Shown here piece by piece: positions 48,136-60,200 of a stretch of DNA of 64,000 nt. Within the stretch, counting starts at the first letter, position 1. Each line of letters begins with the position of its first letter. Origin of the DNA: Leucoraja ocellata (lineage: Eukaryota); assembly GCA_036785375.1 (NCBI GenBank), contig JAWMAR010000200.1:1612001-1676000 (forward strand), in the 5' to 3' direction. Position numbers and translations under genes: made by a program. The notes beneath the pieces are model-generated. The model saw only the letters and a program-made list of their open reading frames with translations, ran no database searches and was not told the origin of the DNA.

Positions 48136-49809
48136 CATTGCCTGCAAAATTTGCAAGATTGTTTCACATTAAATGAAAACAATAGACAGACAGAAAACCA
48201 GAGTTTGAGATAATAATTAGAGCTTGTTAAAAATCCAAAAACAAAATTACTTGTTAGACAAGTTGAAGGATTGATTAACTTGCGTTGTAATGCGTTTTGG
48301 ATGCCTGTGGTAATTCATGAGTTTATTCTTGAACGTGTGACATTTCTCTTAAATTGACATTTATTTAATTGAATGCATATGTGAAATTAATGAATGCAAC
48401 AAAAGACAGTCATTTAACGGCTGATTTTAATGTGTGGAATTTGCCGTACGTAGCACATCAACTAAATAATGGATGCACTCTGTTCTTTTAAAGATAAGAG
48501 CTTGAATTGACTAATCATCTTGCAGTTATTAATCAGTGTGCTGTTTTTGCCATATTAAGTTAAAGGCCTCATTCACATTTGTAAAGCTAGATATCGCTAC
48601 CTTTGAATTATAATGAACAGAGCCCTTGATTAGCATGACCTATTCTGAATGATGCATTAAATGGCAATGTAAATTGAGACAATGTCAAATATGTAAGTGG
48701 AAAAATGATAATAACACTTAAAATAATACTTGAAAATTGTTCGCTGAGTTTAGTCTAATGTGACATCTTGATGCATAATGTGTGAGGAACTTTGTCTGAG
48801 CTGCTGCAATTTTCATTGAATCTGATTTAGTTTGAGCTGCCCTCATTGAAACTATTCATTGTTTTTTTTTGCATTTATAACAAAGAATTCAAACTGGCAT
48901 GACATTTTTTTTACAGCAATGCCACTTTAGAGCAATGCGGAGCCAATATGCATGAGCTACTTTGCCAATTTCCCATTGTTCTTTGGCTCTTGACATTTAG
49001 TTAAATTTTGATATGAACCGAGTCAATGGAGCAATTGGCTCTTTTGATGTAATTTAAAAGACTAAAAGTCAAGTCTAATGCAGTGTTTGAGAATTGTGTA
49101 GGTGTTACTTTGAACTAGATTTGGTTATGCTGCAGTATGCATGAAGCCAAAATGGTGCAGAACAAGACTCTGGGAAACCTAATAGCTACATTTTGCAAAA
49201 TCCTTCTTTGTCAGTTGCAGACAAATTTTGCAACAGCACAAACACCTCTGGATTTCCGATTTCCAATTTGCAAATAATTTTCTTAAGAATGATATTTAGA
49301 TTTTCTGCTTCTGAAAAGTGAAAGGTCAAAGGAAGCCTGTAACATTTGTAAAGGATCCATTGGCAAACTCACATGATCTAATTAAAGTGGGCAAATGGTT
49401 TAAAATCTTAAAAACCTGAATCATCAATCAGGTTTTGGTCTGTATTTATTAACAAAATAATTTTCACCCTGTCATATTAAATCAGTAAGTTGTTCCCTTT
49501 GGACAAATTGTTTCATATGGTTCCTGTGTGACTCATCATATAATTTATTCCAATTCAATTGGCCTTGAAATGAAGCAACCACAGAGCGGGGTTGGATGTT
49601 TTCTTGTTATTCCATATGTTAATTATCACATTCTAAATCTTAAAACGTTAAGATTAAAATCTATCAAATTTTAAGACATTTTTTGAACAGATTTTTGGGA
49701 ACTACAATTTGTCTGGCTCTAAATGAAACATTGGGGATGCTGGACGGAACATATATTTTCTAAGCTAAAGGTAATATTTTTGGGACATTTCACCCATTGT
49801 AGTATATAC

Positions 49810-50035
49810 CTTTTTGGTTTTGCTGCGTTGTTCGTACTCGTGTTTTATGTTTTTTCATTTATTGTTTGGATTTTTGTATGTAATTTATGCGCCTCGTGTT
49901 AGTTGTATGTTCTGTTGTTCTGCCTGTTTTATAATGTCTTGCTTGTTTTCTTTTTTCTGTACAGCACTTTGGTCAGCTTTGGTTGTTTTTAAGGTGCTTA
50001 ACAATTAAAGTTATTATTATTATTATTATTATTAT
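49810..50035 (+). mobile_element. LINE/SINE 3' tail (L2-like) with (ATT)n
   Basis: tgtacagcactttggtcagc..tttaaggtgct..(tta)n. Confidence 0.45.
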
Positions 50036-50342
50036 ACCTGTTCATAGTAGGTCTGTTTTGGAAGAATTATTGTCAATGAAATGATTGTCCAAAAAGTCGT
50101 ATTGGAAAGTTGACTTGTATTGTTGCTCCCCAAGAGAGAGGTTTGTAAAACTGGTGACATTCGTCAGATTTTGAATTTGACCATCCCAGGTTTGCATTTC
50201 TGAGCTGAAAGGTTCTTTATTACTCCTCTCATAGTTTTCTGATACTTTCTCCCATATGTAAAGGATCGGAGTCTACATCACTACTGACATAGTTCATCGA
50301 GCAGCTTCAAAAAATCTGCTTCACTGGCAGATGCCTGCCTTA

Positions 50343-50475
50343 CGGGTGTCAGAGGTTATGGGGAGAAGGTAGGAGAATGGTGTTAGGAGGGAGAGATAGA
50401 TCAGCCATGATTGAATGGTGGAGTAGACATGATGGGCCAAATGGCCTAATTCTGCTCCTATCACTTATGATCTTA
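50343..50475 (+). mobile_element. CR1-type 3' tail
   Basis: GVRGYGEK plus gatcagccatgattgaatgg. Confidence 0.8.
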
Positions 50476-51321
50476 TGATGATCTCATGGCATCTTTTTTC
50501 TCTTTCCTAATTCATTCAAATGTTTTGATTCCTTCTTTATTCCCTGTTCTGGTAGAAATGCTCTTTAAAACTGTAATCTTATTTGGAAAACAGCCACTAA
50601 CTTTATTCACTATTTCAAGGGTCAACCTGTCATTTCATCATCTTATTACAAAATATTTAATATTATTTGATATAAAGATTGTAGGTCCTCAGCAACATTT
50701 GTTAAGGAGCACTTTTATTCAGAATTAGGCTTTTGGACCGTCTTGAATGGTTGAAATTTGTGCGAATAATAGGATGCAAAGCATTTTCTGTGTTATCCCT
50801 ATGAATTATGCACTTTCTACAATTGTGCAAAATGAATAAATTAAGTTGCTGATCAGAGTTGCAAATGATGTGATTCTGTAACCATTTGATTTAGTCTGGG
50901 TCCGTGAAATAATCAGGGCCAGATTGTGTGCTATTGTTGAAGCAGCTGCTGTGTTTAATTAACTCCCTTTCCAGATCATACATACTGGAGTCCGTGATAT
51001 CGTTATTCAAGTGGATAATAGCTGGTTGCTTATCCAATTGTATGGGATGAGCTCCAGTTTTTTGGAATGCTTTGAGTTAAGATTTGTGGTTAGAAACACA
51101 TTTTTATTGTTCCTCAAAATTAATGAATAAAACTTGCATGGGTTTCTAAAATGCGTGCAAACTCACAGGCAGTTGAAAATGTCAAAAGTGCCAATGATTG
51201 CAGTTGATGGTTTGCAGTCTTCAGTATATAATGCCTGTTGATCATCGGACATGGAGGACCAGACGCAGGCTCCAGTAGCAACAAAGCTTGATGTGTGGGA
51301 TCAAGTACCTTTTGGACGTTT

Positions 51322-51735
51322 CAAAACTAAACTTTTATTCACAATACTATGCAAAACAAAAACAGTGTAAACCTCTTCATACATTCTTAATGTTCATACA
51401 TTAAATGGTATCATTTTACGCATTACCATTCGACATTCATGTGGCACCAGGATGATAACCCTTTGTTTTAGGAGTGTCCCCATTGGATGCAGCATCTCAA
51501 TGCCTAGCAGGGGAAGGATCATAGACTGTGGTTCTTCCCCACAGAGGCTTCGCGTTCCTGTAGTCTGGAATGGCAACATTCTCTTACAGACATTTCGCTG
51601 TGCTGGAGATCCAGCAAGTTTTCACACATACCAAAGAGCGTCTTTCACCACATTGATGGCCTTCCAGCAGCACTTGATGTCCATTTCAAAGTGTGTCCCT
51701 GGGAATAGCCCATAAATCAGAGAATCCTCTGTGCA
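51322..51735 (-). pseudogene. Tx1/L1-clade retrotransposon ORF2 C-terminus and 3' UTR
   Basis: Minus strand TEDSLIYGLFPGTH..IKCCWKAINVVKDALW..(frameshifts)..HSRLQ..WGRTTV; AATAAA at 51334-51339. Confidence 0.65.
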
Positions 51736-52361
51736 GCATCCAGTGTGTTGCTGGAGACATTAAGAAACGCAAGATTCAATGGATGGTCAGAGGAATGGCT
51801 GGATAGAGAGTCAGAGGAAGGAACTTTAAGTAGTGTTAGCACCTATCTTTATATAGAACATTACTGTTTGTATTCTACAAAGGAACTTTAAGGTTGGCAT
51901 AACAGCAGAAAATGCTGGAAAACTCGACATCTGTGGAAAGAGAAACTTTTCAGATTTGGATCCTTTTATAAGAGGTCTCTTATACTTTATAACAAATGTT
52001 TCCTTCGATGTAATACGACATTTAATTCCCCCACAGGCCCTGTCTAAACAACTTTTTTCTGTTGGATTTTTGTGCCAAAGGGTTATATATTTGTTGTAAA
52101 CTATGTATTAATTTATTAAATGTATGCCGTTGCTGTGTACTTTTACTGCAGCATTCGGGTCTGCCACCGCTGACCTTCTTAATGTGTTTTGTTTGGATTG
52201 AACTGAATCACCTTCAATCTTTATATAAAACTGTCACATTATTATCACTTCCCTAAAAGCCCCATAAATATAAGATTTATTAATCATCTCTAATTCATTG
52301 CATAGTGCTAGATCTAAAAAAGCATAGCCTGTTTCCTCCACATTCTGATCCAGAAAACCTT

Positions 52362-52975
52362 TTAGACAATAGACAATAGATGCAGGAATAGGCCATTAGG
52401 CCCTTTGAGCCAGCACCACCATTCAATGTGATCATGACTGATCTTCCCCAATCAGTACCCCGTTCCTGCCTTCTCCCCATATCCCCCTGACTCCGCTATT
52501 TTTAAGAGCCTCTTGAAAGTATCCAGAGAACCTGCCTCCACCGCCCTCTGAGGTAGAGAATTCCAGACTCACAACTCTCTGTGAGAAAAAGTGTTTCCTC
52601 GTCTCCGTTCTAAATGGCTTACCCCTTAATTTTAAACTGTGGTCCCTGGTTCTGGACTACCCCGACATCGGGAACATGTTTCCTGCCTCTAGCATGTCCA
52701 AACCCTTAATAATCTTCTATGTGTCGATAAGGTACCCTCTCATCCTTCTAAACTCCAGAGTGTACAAGCCCAGCCGATCCATTCTCTCAGCATATGACAG
52801 TCCCACCATCCCGGGAATTAACCTTGTAAACCGACGCTGCACTCCCTCAATAGCAAGAATGTCCTTCCTCAAATTAGGGGACCAAAACTGCACACAATAC
52901 TCCAGGTGTGGTCTCACTAGGGCCCTATACAACTGCAGAAGGACCTCTTTGCTCCTATACTCAACTCTTCTCTTG
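52362..52975 (-). pseudogene. CR1/HER1-type LINE 3' ~600 bp, well preserved
   Basis: VEYRSKEVLLQLYRALVRPHLEYCVQFWSP..VQRRFTRLIPGM..RRMRG. Confidence 0.93.
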
Positions 52976-53035
52976 CAAACTGATTGACTCACCCTGGTTT
53001 CTATTACAGTTCAGTTAGTTGCCTAGATCACATGT

Positions 53036-53127
53036 CTGAAGAAGGGTTTTGGCCCGAAACATTGCTTATTTCCTTTGCTCCTTAGATGCTGCTGCACCCG
53101 CTGAGTTTCTCCAGCACCTTTGTCTAC
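53036..53127 (+). mobile_element. 92-bp Penelope-derived hammerhead element with 7-bp TSD
   Basis: CACATGT at 53029-53035 and 53128-53134; insert starts CTGAAGAagggttttggcccGAAACATT. Confidence 0.8.
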
Positions 53128-53151
53128 CACATGTAGATTAAACTCCTCCAT

Positions 53152-53645
53152 GATCAGAATCAGAATCGTTTATTGTCATTTGAACATAAGTTCTAACGAA
53201 ATTGCGCTTCTGCAGTCATCATCAAACAAAAAAAAAACACAGAATGAACACAATTCGACACAAAACATCCATCGCAGTGAATCCCCAAACACCACCTCAC
53301 TGTGATGAAGGCAAGAGTCTTATCTCTTCCCTGTTCTCTGTGCCCATTCCTTTCCCGCCGCATTCAAGCAGCCAAACTGCTGGATGGAGCCGATTGAGGC
53401 TCCTGATGTTAGATGTTAGAGCCCCCCCGGCAGGCAATGGTAAGTCCCGCTGCCTTTTAAGCCTCGCTGGTCAATGTTAGGCTCCGCTCCGCATCAAATT
53501 AAACCCCCTGATTCGGGAGGGTGAAGTTTGCCGTTGCAGGAGTTCCGAAAAGTGGTCTCCCACCAGGGACCCGCGAGCTCCCGATGTTACCATCCACAGG
53601 GCCTGCGGCCGAAGCCTCCGAGCTGCCGACAGGCGCCGCCATCTT
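53152..53645 (-). mobile_element. Internally deleted Rex1-tailed non-autonomous element
   Basis: Head aagatggcggcgc, GC-rich body, catcacagtgag..tcactgcgatgg hairpin, tail atttcg..tgacaataaa(gattct)n. Confidence 0.65.
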
Positions 53646-54597
53646 GTCCTTACCTTTGTATTACCCTTAATACACGCACCTTTAATTTTCTGATTAAGGT
53701 CTATATTATAAATACTTGGGGACCTGTGGACAGTACCCGTGAGGTTTTCTGCCCCATGTTATCTTTAGCCGTATCAAAATTAAACTCCTTGAATTTTTGA
53801 CCAATGACTCTTTATGATGCCTTTATTCCCTTTATAATCGTAACTCTTGCCCTTCCTTTTCAATTTTGACCATCTCTTCTAATCTTTAGACAGTGTGTCT
53901 ATTAAAGAAAATCTACCCACCATTTCCTGGTTAAACCACTATAAAAAGTTATGATCCACCCTCCATATTAATGAGGAAATACTTGTACTGACAAGATGCA
54001 CAACAAGGGGGTGTTATGGCTCAATGGGGAGCACTTATCTTGCATTTGGAAGCTGATGGGTTTTGTTCCACAGCATTGCATTGACATTTTGAGGCAGTAC
54101 TTAGTGTTACCTGCTGTGTTTCCTCCTTCTCCAAAATAACCATTCATTGAAACATGTCTCATCATGAGTGACCTACAATCATGAAAGATCCTATGGTATG
54201 GTAGTCTTTTTATTTTATTTTTGGAAATATTTGTGTTATAGACTTGTACGGGGTAAGAAAAATATAAGGACAAATGGGAATGAACAATGAACATGAACTT
54301 ACATTTATTGTCCCAGATTCAAATCTCCACTTAATATATCAAGATGATCTAAAATCACAATGCCCAGGTTTATGTTCCTCACATACTCCGTTTAGGCTTG
54401 GAGAAACTAACTGCTGTGTATATTTCACCTAATTTAGCACCACTTTGCCGCTTAGCTGTTTTGCCTTTGAGCTGTTTTGTCGCACACAGGTTTACAGTTA
54501 GCCTCTTAAAGGTACAATCCATCTGCTTGTTTCCTCTCTGTCGCTATTTCCTTCAGATGTTTGTATTTGAACATGATCTTTGATTCACCAGCCTGTT

Positions 54598-54826
54598 TGA
54601 GACACAAAGTGCTGGAGTAACTCACCGGGTCAGACAACATCTCTGGAGAATATAAATAGGTGATGTTTTGGGTCAGGACTTCAGACCCAGTTCTCACCCT
54701 GATGAAAGGTCCAGACCTGAAACGTCATCTTTCATGTTCTCCAGAGATGCTGCCTAATCCGCAGAGTTATTCCAGCACTTTTTGCATTTTTAAGAAAATG
54801 TAAACCAGCATCTGCAATTCCCTGTG
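54598..54826. mobile_element. Inverted pair of Penelope-derived hammerhead units
   Basis: Minus unit 54598-54685; plus unit from 54699. Confidence 0.75.
54699..54729 (+). ncRNA. Minimal hammerhead ribozyme-like motif with a compensatory stem II
   Basis: CTGATGA-a-AGGTC-ca-GACCT-GAAAC-GTC. Confidence 0.6.
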
Positions 54827-54849
54827 TGTTTAACCTGTTTCAGAATTAG

Positions 54850-55060
54850 CAAAGAAGTTTTGAAATATGACCAATATGCAGGGCAGCCAACTTATGCACA
54901 TCGACTTCTCCCCTTTAACAGTAAGATAAATGATGAGGTAATGTGTTGTTGTAATGTTGGTTCAAATATTGTGGTGCAATCTTATGCAGTCACATCACCC
55001 ACATCAAGTCATCCTCTCTGTAACCACTGGTTGGTTGGTGGGAGCACCATCAGGGCCAAG
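54850..55060 (-). mobile_element. Degenerate Deu-domain SINE
   Basis: Minus strand aatatttgaaccaacattac..tgtgcataagttggctgcc..tttcaaaa. Confidence 0.4.
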
Positions 55061-55482
55061 ATGAGGTTGCAAACTATGTTTACGTTTGATAAATGTGTAG
55101 TCATTGCATCTACAGAAATAAATGTGCAATTCAAGAATTTGAAGGAAGGTTCTAAACCAGCACAGGGAACGATTAGATGGAAAAGCAAAATCCTACAAAT
55201 GCTGTTACACTTGAGGTCAATGATTGACCTAAAACATGAACTCTGTTCCCTTCTCCACAGCTGAGAGGAGAACAGATCTTTTCTGAGTATTTCCATCAAT
55301 CGTTTTTTTGTAGGGCTCCGAGTGTTGGCGTAAATCTGTCACTTTCAATTTTCGGACAGGATTGAAACACCGTGGACGAAATCTTGTTGCCTTTTGGTGA
55401 CAGATTCCACTGCGAAGCAATGGCATTCAGCCATTAAAATGGAAGTCATAGAATTGAATGTGTGAATAGCTGGGTGCAGCCA

Positions 55483-55535
55483 GCAAGCCTTGGCAGACGG
55501 AGTGAAAGTGTTTCCGCAAAACGGTCGCCTAGTGT
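55483..55535 (-). pseudogene. Tiny Penelope GIY-YIG remnant
   Basis: Minus strand ctaggcgaccgttttgcggaa = LGDRFAE. Confidence 0.5.
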
Positions 55536-56644
55536 ACCAGAACTGCAGCAGCTCGTTAAATTTGCTGCTGTGTCAAATATTCTGCCCTTTCAGATTGCAT
55601 TGGATTTGGAATTATGAATAGAGTAAATAAAAACATATTTTAGATTTACATTATGTGCAATTATATTGAATTTATCTTGAAAGAACTTTTGGAAGTTTTG
55701 GTGATCATCTCTACCCTGATTCATCCTTTCTATTAATTTTGTTTTTAAAAAATGATAACCCAGTTCCTGATTTTTTAAATAGATTGATTGTCCTTTAATT
55801 GCTTCTCCTGCTTTTTCATCTCAAAATAGATGAAAACCAAATTAAACTTCTCTCTTTGCAGCACAGTTTCTCATGTGGTGGAGGGAGCTCAGGAAATTAT
55901 CACTTCTGCACAGCCATATCTTGAAAGCTAAGCTAGAAAGTTAGAGCACCAGCGGGGGTAAGCTGCCTAATGAAGGCGGGTGACTTCCTCGCTCGACATC
56001 AATTAATTCACTTCCACATTGCTGTACCTAATCACCTGTGACCTGAACAGCCCGCGCAACTTTGTATGAAGACATTTCCGTAAAGAATTCCTGCACCAAG
56101 ATCGGCTTTCAGGATTTCGACTTTAATTGCCAATAGAGTTGACCAAAATAATATCTACTCCCTCAGTAAGTCATCCTGTGTTGCCTATCACATGATCCTG
56201 GGAAGCTTGGAAACTTGTATATCTGGCAACAGTGGGAAGGAACTAAGCTCACAGTAGAGGGAAATCTTAATTCCTGAAAGCAGGATTTTTTTGCAAAGCC
56301 GGAGAGTGTTAATGTTTCAGGTCAGTGACCTTTTCTTGATTCATGTTATCATTCACTTGAATTATTAACTCTTTCTCATTTAGATGCTGCTTGACCTGCT
56401 GAGTGTTTCCTTACATTTCTGCTTATATTTCAAATTTCCAGCAGGCACAGTTTTTGTCCAGCAAGTCAGTGCAGGAGCATTTGACCTTTTCACTCAAAAT
56501 GCTGCTGACTAAGCCACAGGAATGTTAAAATGCATTGGTGTGAGGGAAATTACAAGTTCTTCAAATTATGAGCCGGTGGTGGAAGATGCTGAATTAGCCA
56601 TATATAGCCTTTATTACATCGGCCACAAAATAATTCTCTCTCCC

Positions 56645-56850
56645 ACAATCGGACTGAAGAAGGGTCCTGACCCTGAACCTGAACCTATGCCCTCCAGAGA
56701 GGGTTTCGGCCCGAAACGTTGCCTATTTCCTTCGCTGCCTCACCCGCTGAGTTTCTCCAGCACTTTTGTCTACCCACTCCAGAGACACTGCCTAACTCAC
56801 TGAGTCACTCCAGAACTTTCTGTCCTTTTTTCCAAACCAGCATGTGCATT
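56645..56850 (+). mobile_element. Older hammerhead repeat with a younger subfamily copy nested at 56701-56776
   Basis: CTCCAGAGA duplicated at 56692-56700 and 56777-56785. Confidence 0.75.
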
Positions 56851-57984
56851 TTTACAGATATTTTTGCAGTCCTGCTGGTCTACAGAAGTTGAAAATCTGA
56901 TGCCTCTCCATTTGGTCATTTCCCACTCCATTCCATCAATAAAAAGCACTCCCTCAAAGTTCCATAACTGCCTTCCAATCCATAGTGTTTACAGTCGATT
57001 CTCAGCCTCCCTCATTCACAAAAGCTAAAGCCATTTGCCACTCAGAAAACATAATTGCAACAGGCCAGAGATTGTTGTCCAAAATTGTTCTGAACACCCT
57101 TTAATCTTGACACTCAAAAACGGGTTAGCAAGGACTCGGTGGGCCGTGATGCCTGTTTCCATGCTGTATCCTACACTAAACTAAACTAAAAGTCTTGGGT
57201 ATCTCATCTTGTATATAGTATTAATAATGTGCAAGCCCTAGTGAGGGGATGCATACACTTATTTAATTGCTGCATTGGATGCTCTGTGGATGAAGACATC
57301 ATCACAGATGCCTTTGACATCTTGCTCTCAGTCTGGGCCCCCTCACTCTCTCTGCAAGAGTGCACAGTTTGGCTGGGAAGTTTGCCAGCATTTAATACGT
57401 TCTTCCTACTGCTCTATTAGTGTCCTGTTGATGAATGCCCCATGAGCATCTGCATCCAGCTAAGCAGAGCTTGGGTGGTGTGCACTCTGACGTGGGCATT
57501 TCAATACCATTTCTGCCATTATCGTTTGCCCTTGCTCACCTGTGAAGTGCTAATCTCTGCACTCAAACACCAGTACCTGTATCTGTTTAATCGGCTACAA
57601 CACAGTGGGAGTAATCCGTGCTGTCTGTGGAAGATCTGAAGCCTCTGACTTTATAGCATGAGAATGTGACCTTTTCCGATAATCTACCTGAGACTGGGTA
57701 AAGGCCCTATGGAAACATGACACGAATTAGAACGTAAAAATGCTTAGGATTTTTATCATATACATCAATGCCATTTAAATTCAGTTCAGACGAAAAACCT
57801 TGTAAACCTTGTAAACAAGATGTCCAAAGGAGAGAAAATTCTGGTCTGTTATCTCACTGCCTCTTATGAACATGTAATCTAATGCTCTGGCTATCTCAAG
57901 GGTGGCCACCTCAGCAGAGGTTAGGTTGCTGAAGGCTGGTGGATCATCCCCTGTTCACTGCTCTCTGATGTTCTGTTAAGAAGC

Positions 57985-58312
57985 AAAAGTGCAGCACACT
58001 AGAGCCGCTGCCTCACAGCGCCAAAGGCCTGGGTTCGATCCTGACCTCGGCTGCTGTGAGCATGGAATTTGAATGTTCTCCCTGTGACCTTGTGGGTTTC
58101 CTCCAGATGCTCCAGTTTCCTCTCATGTCCCAAACACGTGCGGGCTTGTAGGTTAATTTATCCTCTGTAAATTGCCTATATTGTGTCGAGGAGAGTGGAT
58201 GAGAAAGTGGGATGGCATAGAACTAATGTGAAGGGGTGATTGATGGTCGGTGTAGACTCAAGGAACCAAATAACTTGTTTCCATGCCGTATCTTCCAATC
58301 AATTTCAATCAA
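57985..58312 (+). mobile_element. V-SINE (HE1-like)
   Basis: gctgcctcacagcgcc..gggttcgatcc, gttctccctgtgacc core, tail. Confidence 0.82.
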
Positions 58313-58461
58313 TGGACAAATGAATGGGTAGAATCCTGTAAGCCCCTTGGACTGTTGTGGATGGGTACAACGATAGCGCTGGGCAATTGTGCTCTTCTTT
58401 CCTGGTTTGATAAGTCATTGTACAGGGTTGAGTATTAAGCTCAGTCCTAGTTGTGCCATTA

Positions 58462-58958
58462 CAGCAAGGATGTGGAGGCTTTGGAGTGGGGGCAGAAGAG
58501 GCTTACCAGAATGTTGCCTAGATTAGAGGGTGATAGCTATAAGGAGAGGTTGGAGAAACTGGTTGGTGGCTGAAGGGTGACTTGATAGAAGTATGTAAAA
58601 TTCTGAGATGCAGAGACAGCATAGACGATCAAAACCTTTTACCTTGGGTGGATATGTCAGAGACTGGAAGATATAACTTTAAGGTGAGAGGGGCAAGATT
58701 CGAAGGAGATGTGCATGGCACTTTTTTTTACACTGAGAGTGGTGGGAGCTTGGAACAAATTGCCTGTGGTAGTGGTAGATGCAGATACAATAATGTTATT
58801 TAGGAGGCTTTGAGATAAGCACATGGATAGGCAGGGAATGGAGGGATATGATTCGCATGCAGGCAGAGGAGATTAGTTTAACCTGACATCATGTACTGCA
58901 CGGACATTGTGAACCACAAGGGCATGTTCCAGTTCCAGTGCTGAACTATTCTGTGTTC
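58462..58958 (+). pseudogene. CR1-type LINE 3' region
   Basis: KDVEALE..QKRLTRMLP..DLIEVCKIL..FKVRGARF. Confidence 0.82.
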
Positions 58959-59276
58959 AATTCTCGAACTTCTGCTCCCGACACTTGATGCAACTTCCAA
59001 CCTCGTATTCTTACTCATCAGCTGCAGGCATCTTCCTCTTGTACTGAGGGAAGATGGTGTCACCACAGCCCTCATTGACGTCAGCATGATGTTTGCGAAC
59101 TTATCTGATGGCAGCTTTGACACTCACTCTAATGATTTACCTTGGTTGCACTCGCAACTTTCTGAGTCTTTGTGTATTGGTATAATTGCTTCACGTGTAT
59201 TCTCATCCCACTCTCGCTCAGAAAGAAGAAGCTGGCATGTTAATGAGAGCCATTTAGACCACTCAGAGAATAATGG

Positions 59277-59522
59277 AAGATAGACGCAAAATGCTGGAGT
59301 AACTCAACATCTCTGGAGGGAAGGAATGGGTGATGTTTCTGGACGAGACCCTTCTTCAGACAAGTATATGGCCCTTTGTGAAGCCTCACTCTCCTCACAT
59401 CCCTTAATTCTAAAAAAGACTCAATGAGCACGCAGGACAAAGCAGCTCGGCAAGATAGACAACAAAAAGCTGGAGTAACTCAGGCATCTCTGGTGAAATG
59501 GAATAGGTGATATTTTGGGTTC
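59277..59522 (-). mobile_element. Two Penelope-derived short repeats
   Basis: gacgcaaaatgctggagtaactc..cccttcttcagac (59277-59360) and 59452-59522. Confidence 0.7.
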
Positions 59523-59796
59523 TTTAAACATCCTATCCAGCTCCCTAATGTTTCCCTCATTCCATCACTGACTCACCATTTCCTGGAAACAATATGTTAC
59601 TCGTGGCGTCCTTAACCTGCCTGCAATGTCCACCATAAAATGGACTGCAGGTGCACGAGACTGCTACATTAAACCCTTAAGTTCTTCTTCAATTTGTCCA
59701 CTATACTGATGTGGAAACAAATCAGCAATTCTTCATTCTTAGAATGATCCCAACCCGAGCATCACCTTTCCAAGTTCTCCAGAGATGCTGCCTGAC

Positions 59797-60040
59797 ATAG
59801 AACCATAGAAAAATAGATGCAGGAGTAGTCCATTCGGCCATTCCAGCCAGCTCCGCCATTCAATATGATCATAGCTGATCATTTGAAATCAGTACCCCGT
59901 TCCTGCCTTTTACCCATATCCCTTGATTCCTTTAACCCAAAGAGCTAAATCTATCTCTCTCTTGAAAACATCCGGTGAATTGACCTCCACTGTCTTCTGT
60001 GGCAGAGAATTCCACAGATTCACAACTCTCTGGGTGAAAA
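59797..60040 (-). mobile_element. CR1-type 3' end
   Basis: FTQRVVNLWNSLPQKTVE plus tail. Confidence 0.85.
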
Positions 60041-60067
60041 ACAAAAGTGTTATCCCAGCACTTGGCA

Positions 60068-60200
60068 TCCTTCATCATTGCTGGGGCTAAATGCTTGAAC
60101 TCTCTCTCCATCAATAGTGGCATGTTGCCTTCATCAAAGGACTGAGCAATTTAAGGCAACTCAGGATAGATAACAACTCCGGCCTTGCCAGAAACACCTA
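60068..60200 (+). mobile_element. L2/CR1-group LINE 3' remnant
   Basis: ccttcatcattgctggggctaaatgcttgaactc..ggcaactcaggat..ggccttgccag, related to 10305-10497. Confidence 0.5.

Larger units (their letters stand above)
57250..59720 (-). pseudogene. Possible very old RTE-type LINE, fragmented by later insertions
   Basis: Minus strand W...EAIIPIHK...C, KFANIML, KCREQ at ~58965-59215; RTE-like C-terminal residues at ~57280-57560. Confidence 0.35.

Noticed and set aside
59140-59220. Minus-strand exon-like stretch ending CAAG|GTAAAT
   Set aside because: The acceptor is weak, and the peptide with its downstream sequence is better explained as a decayed RTE-like RT
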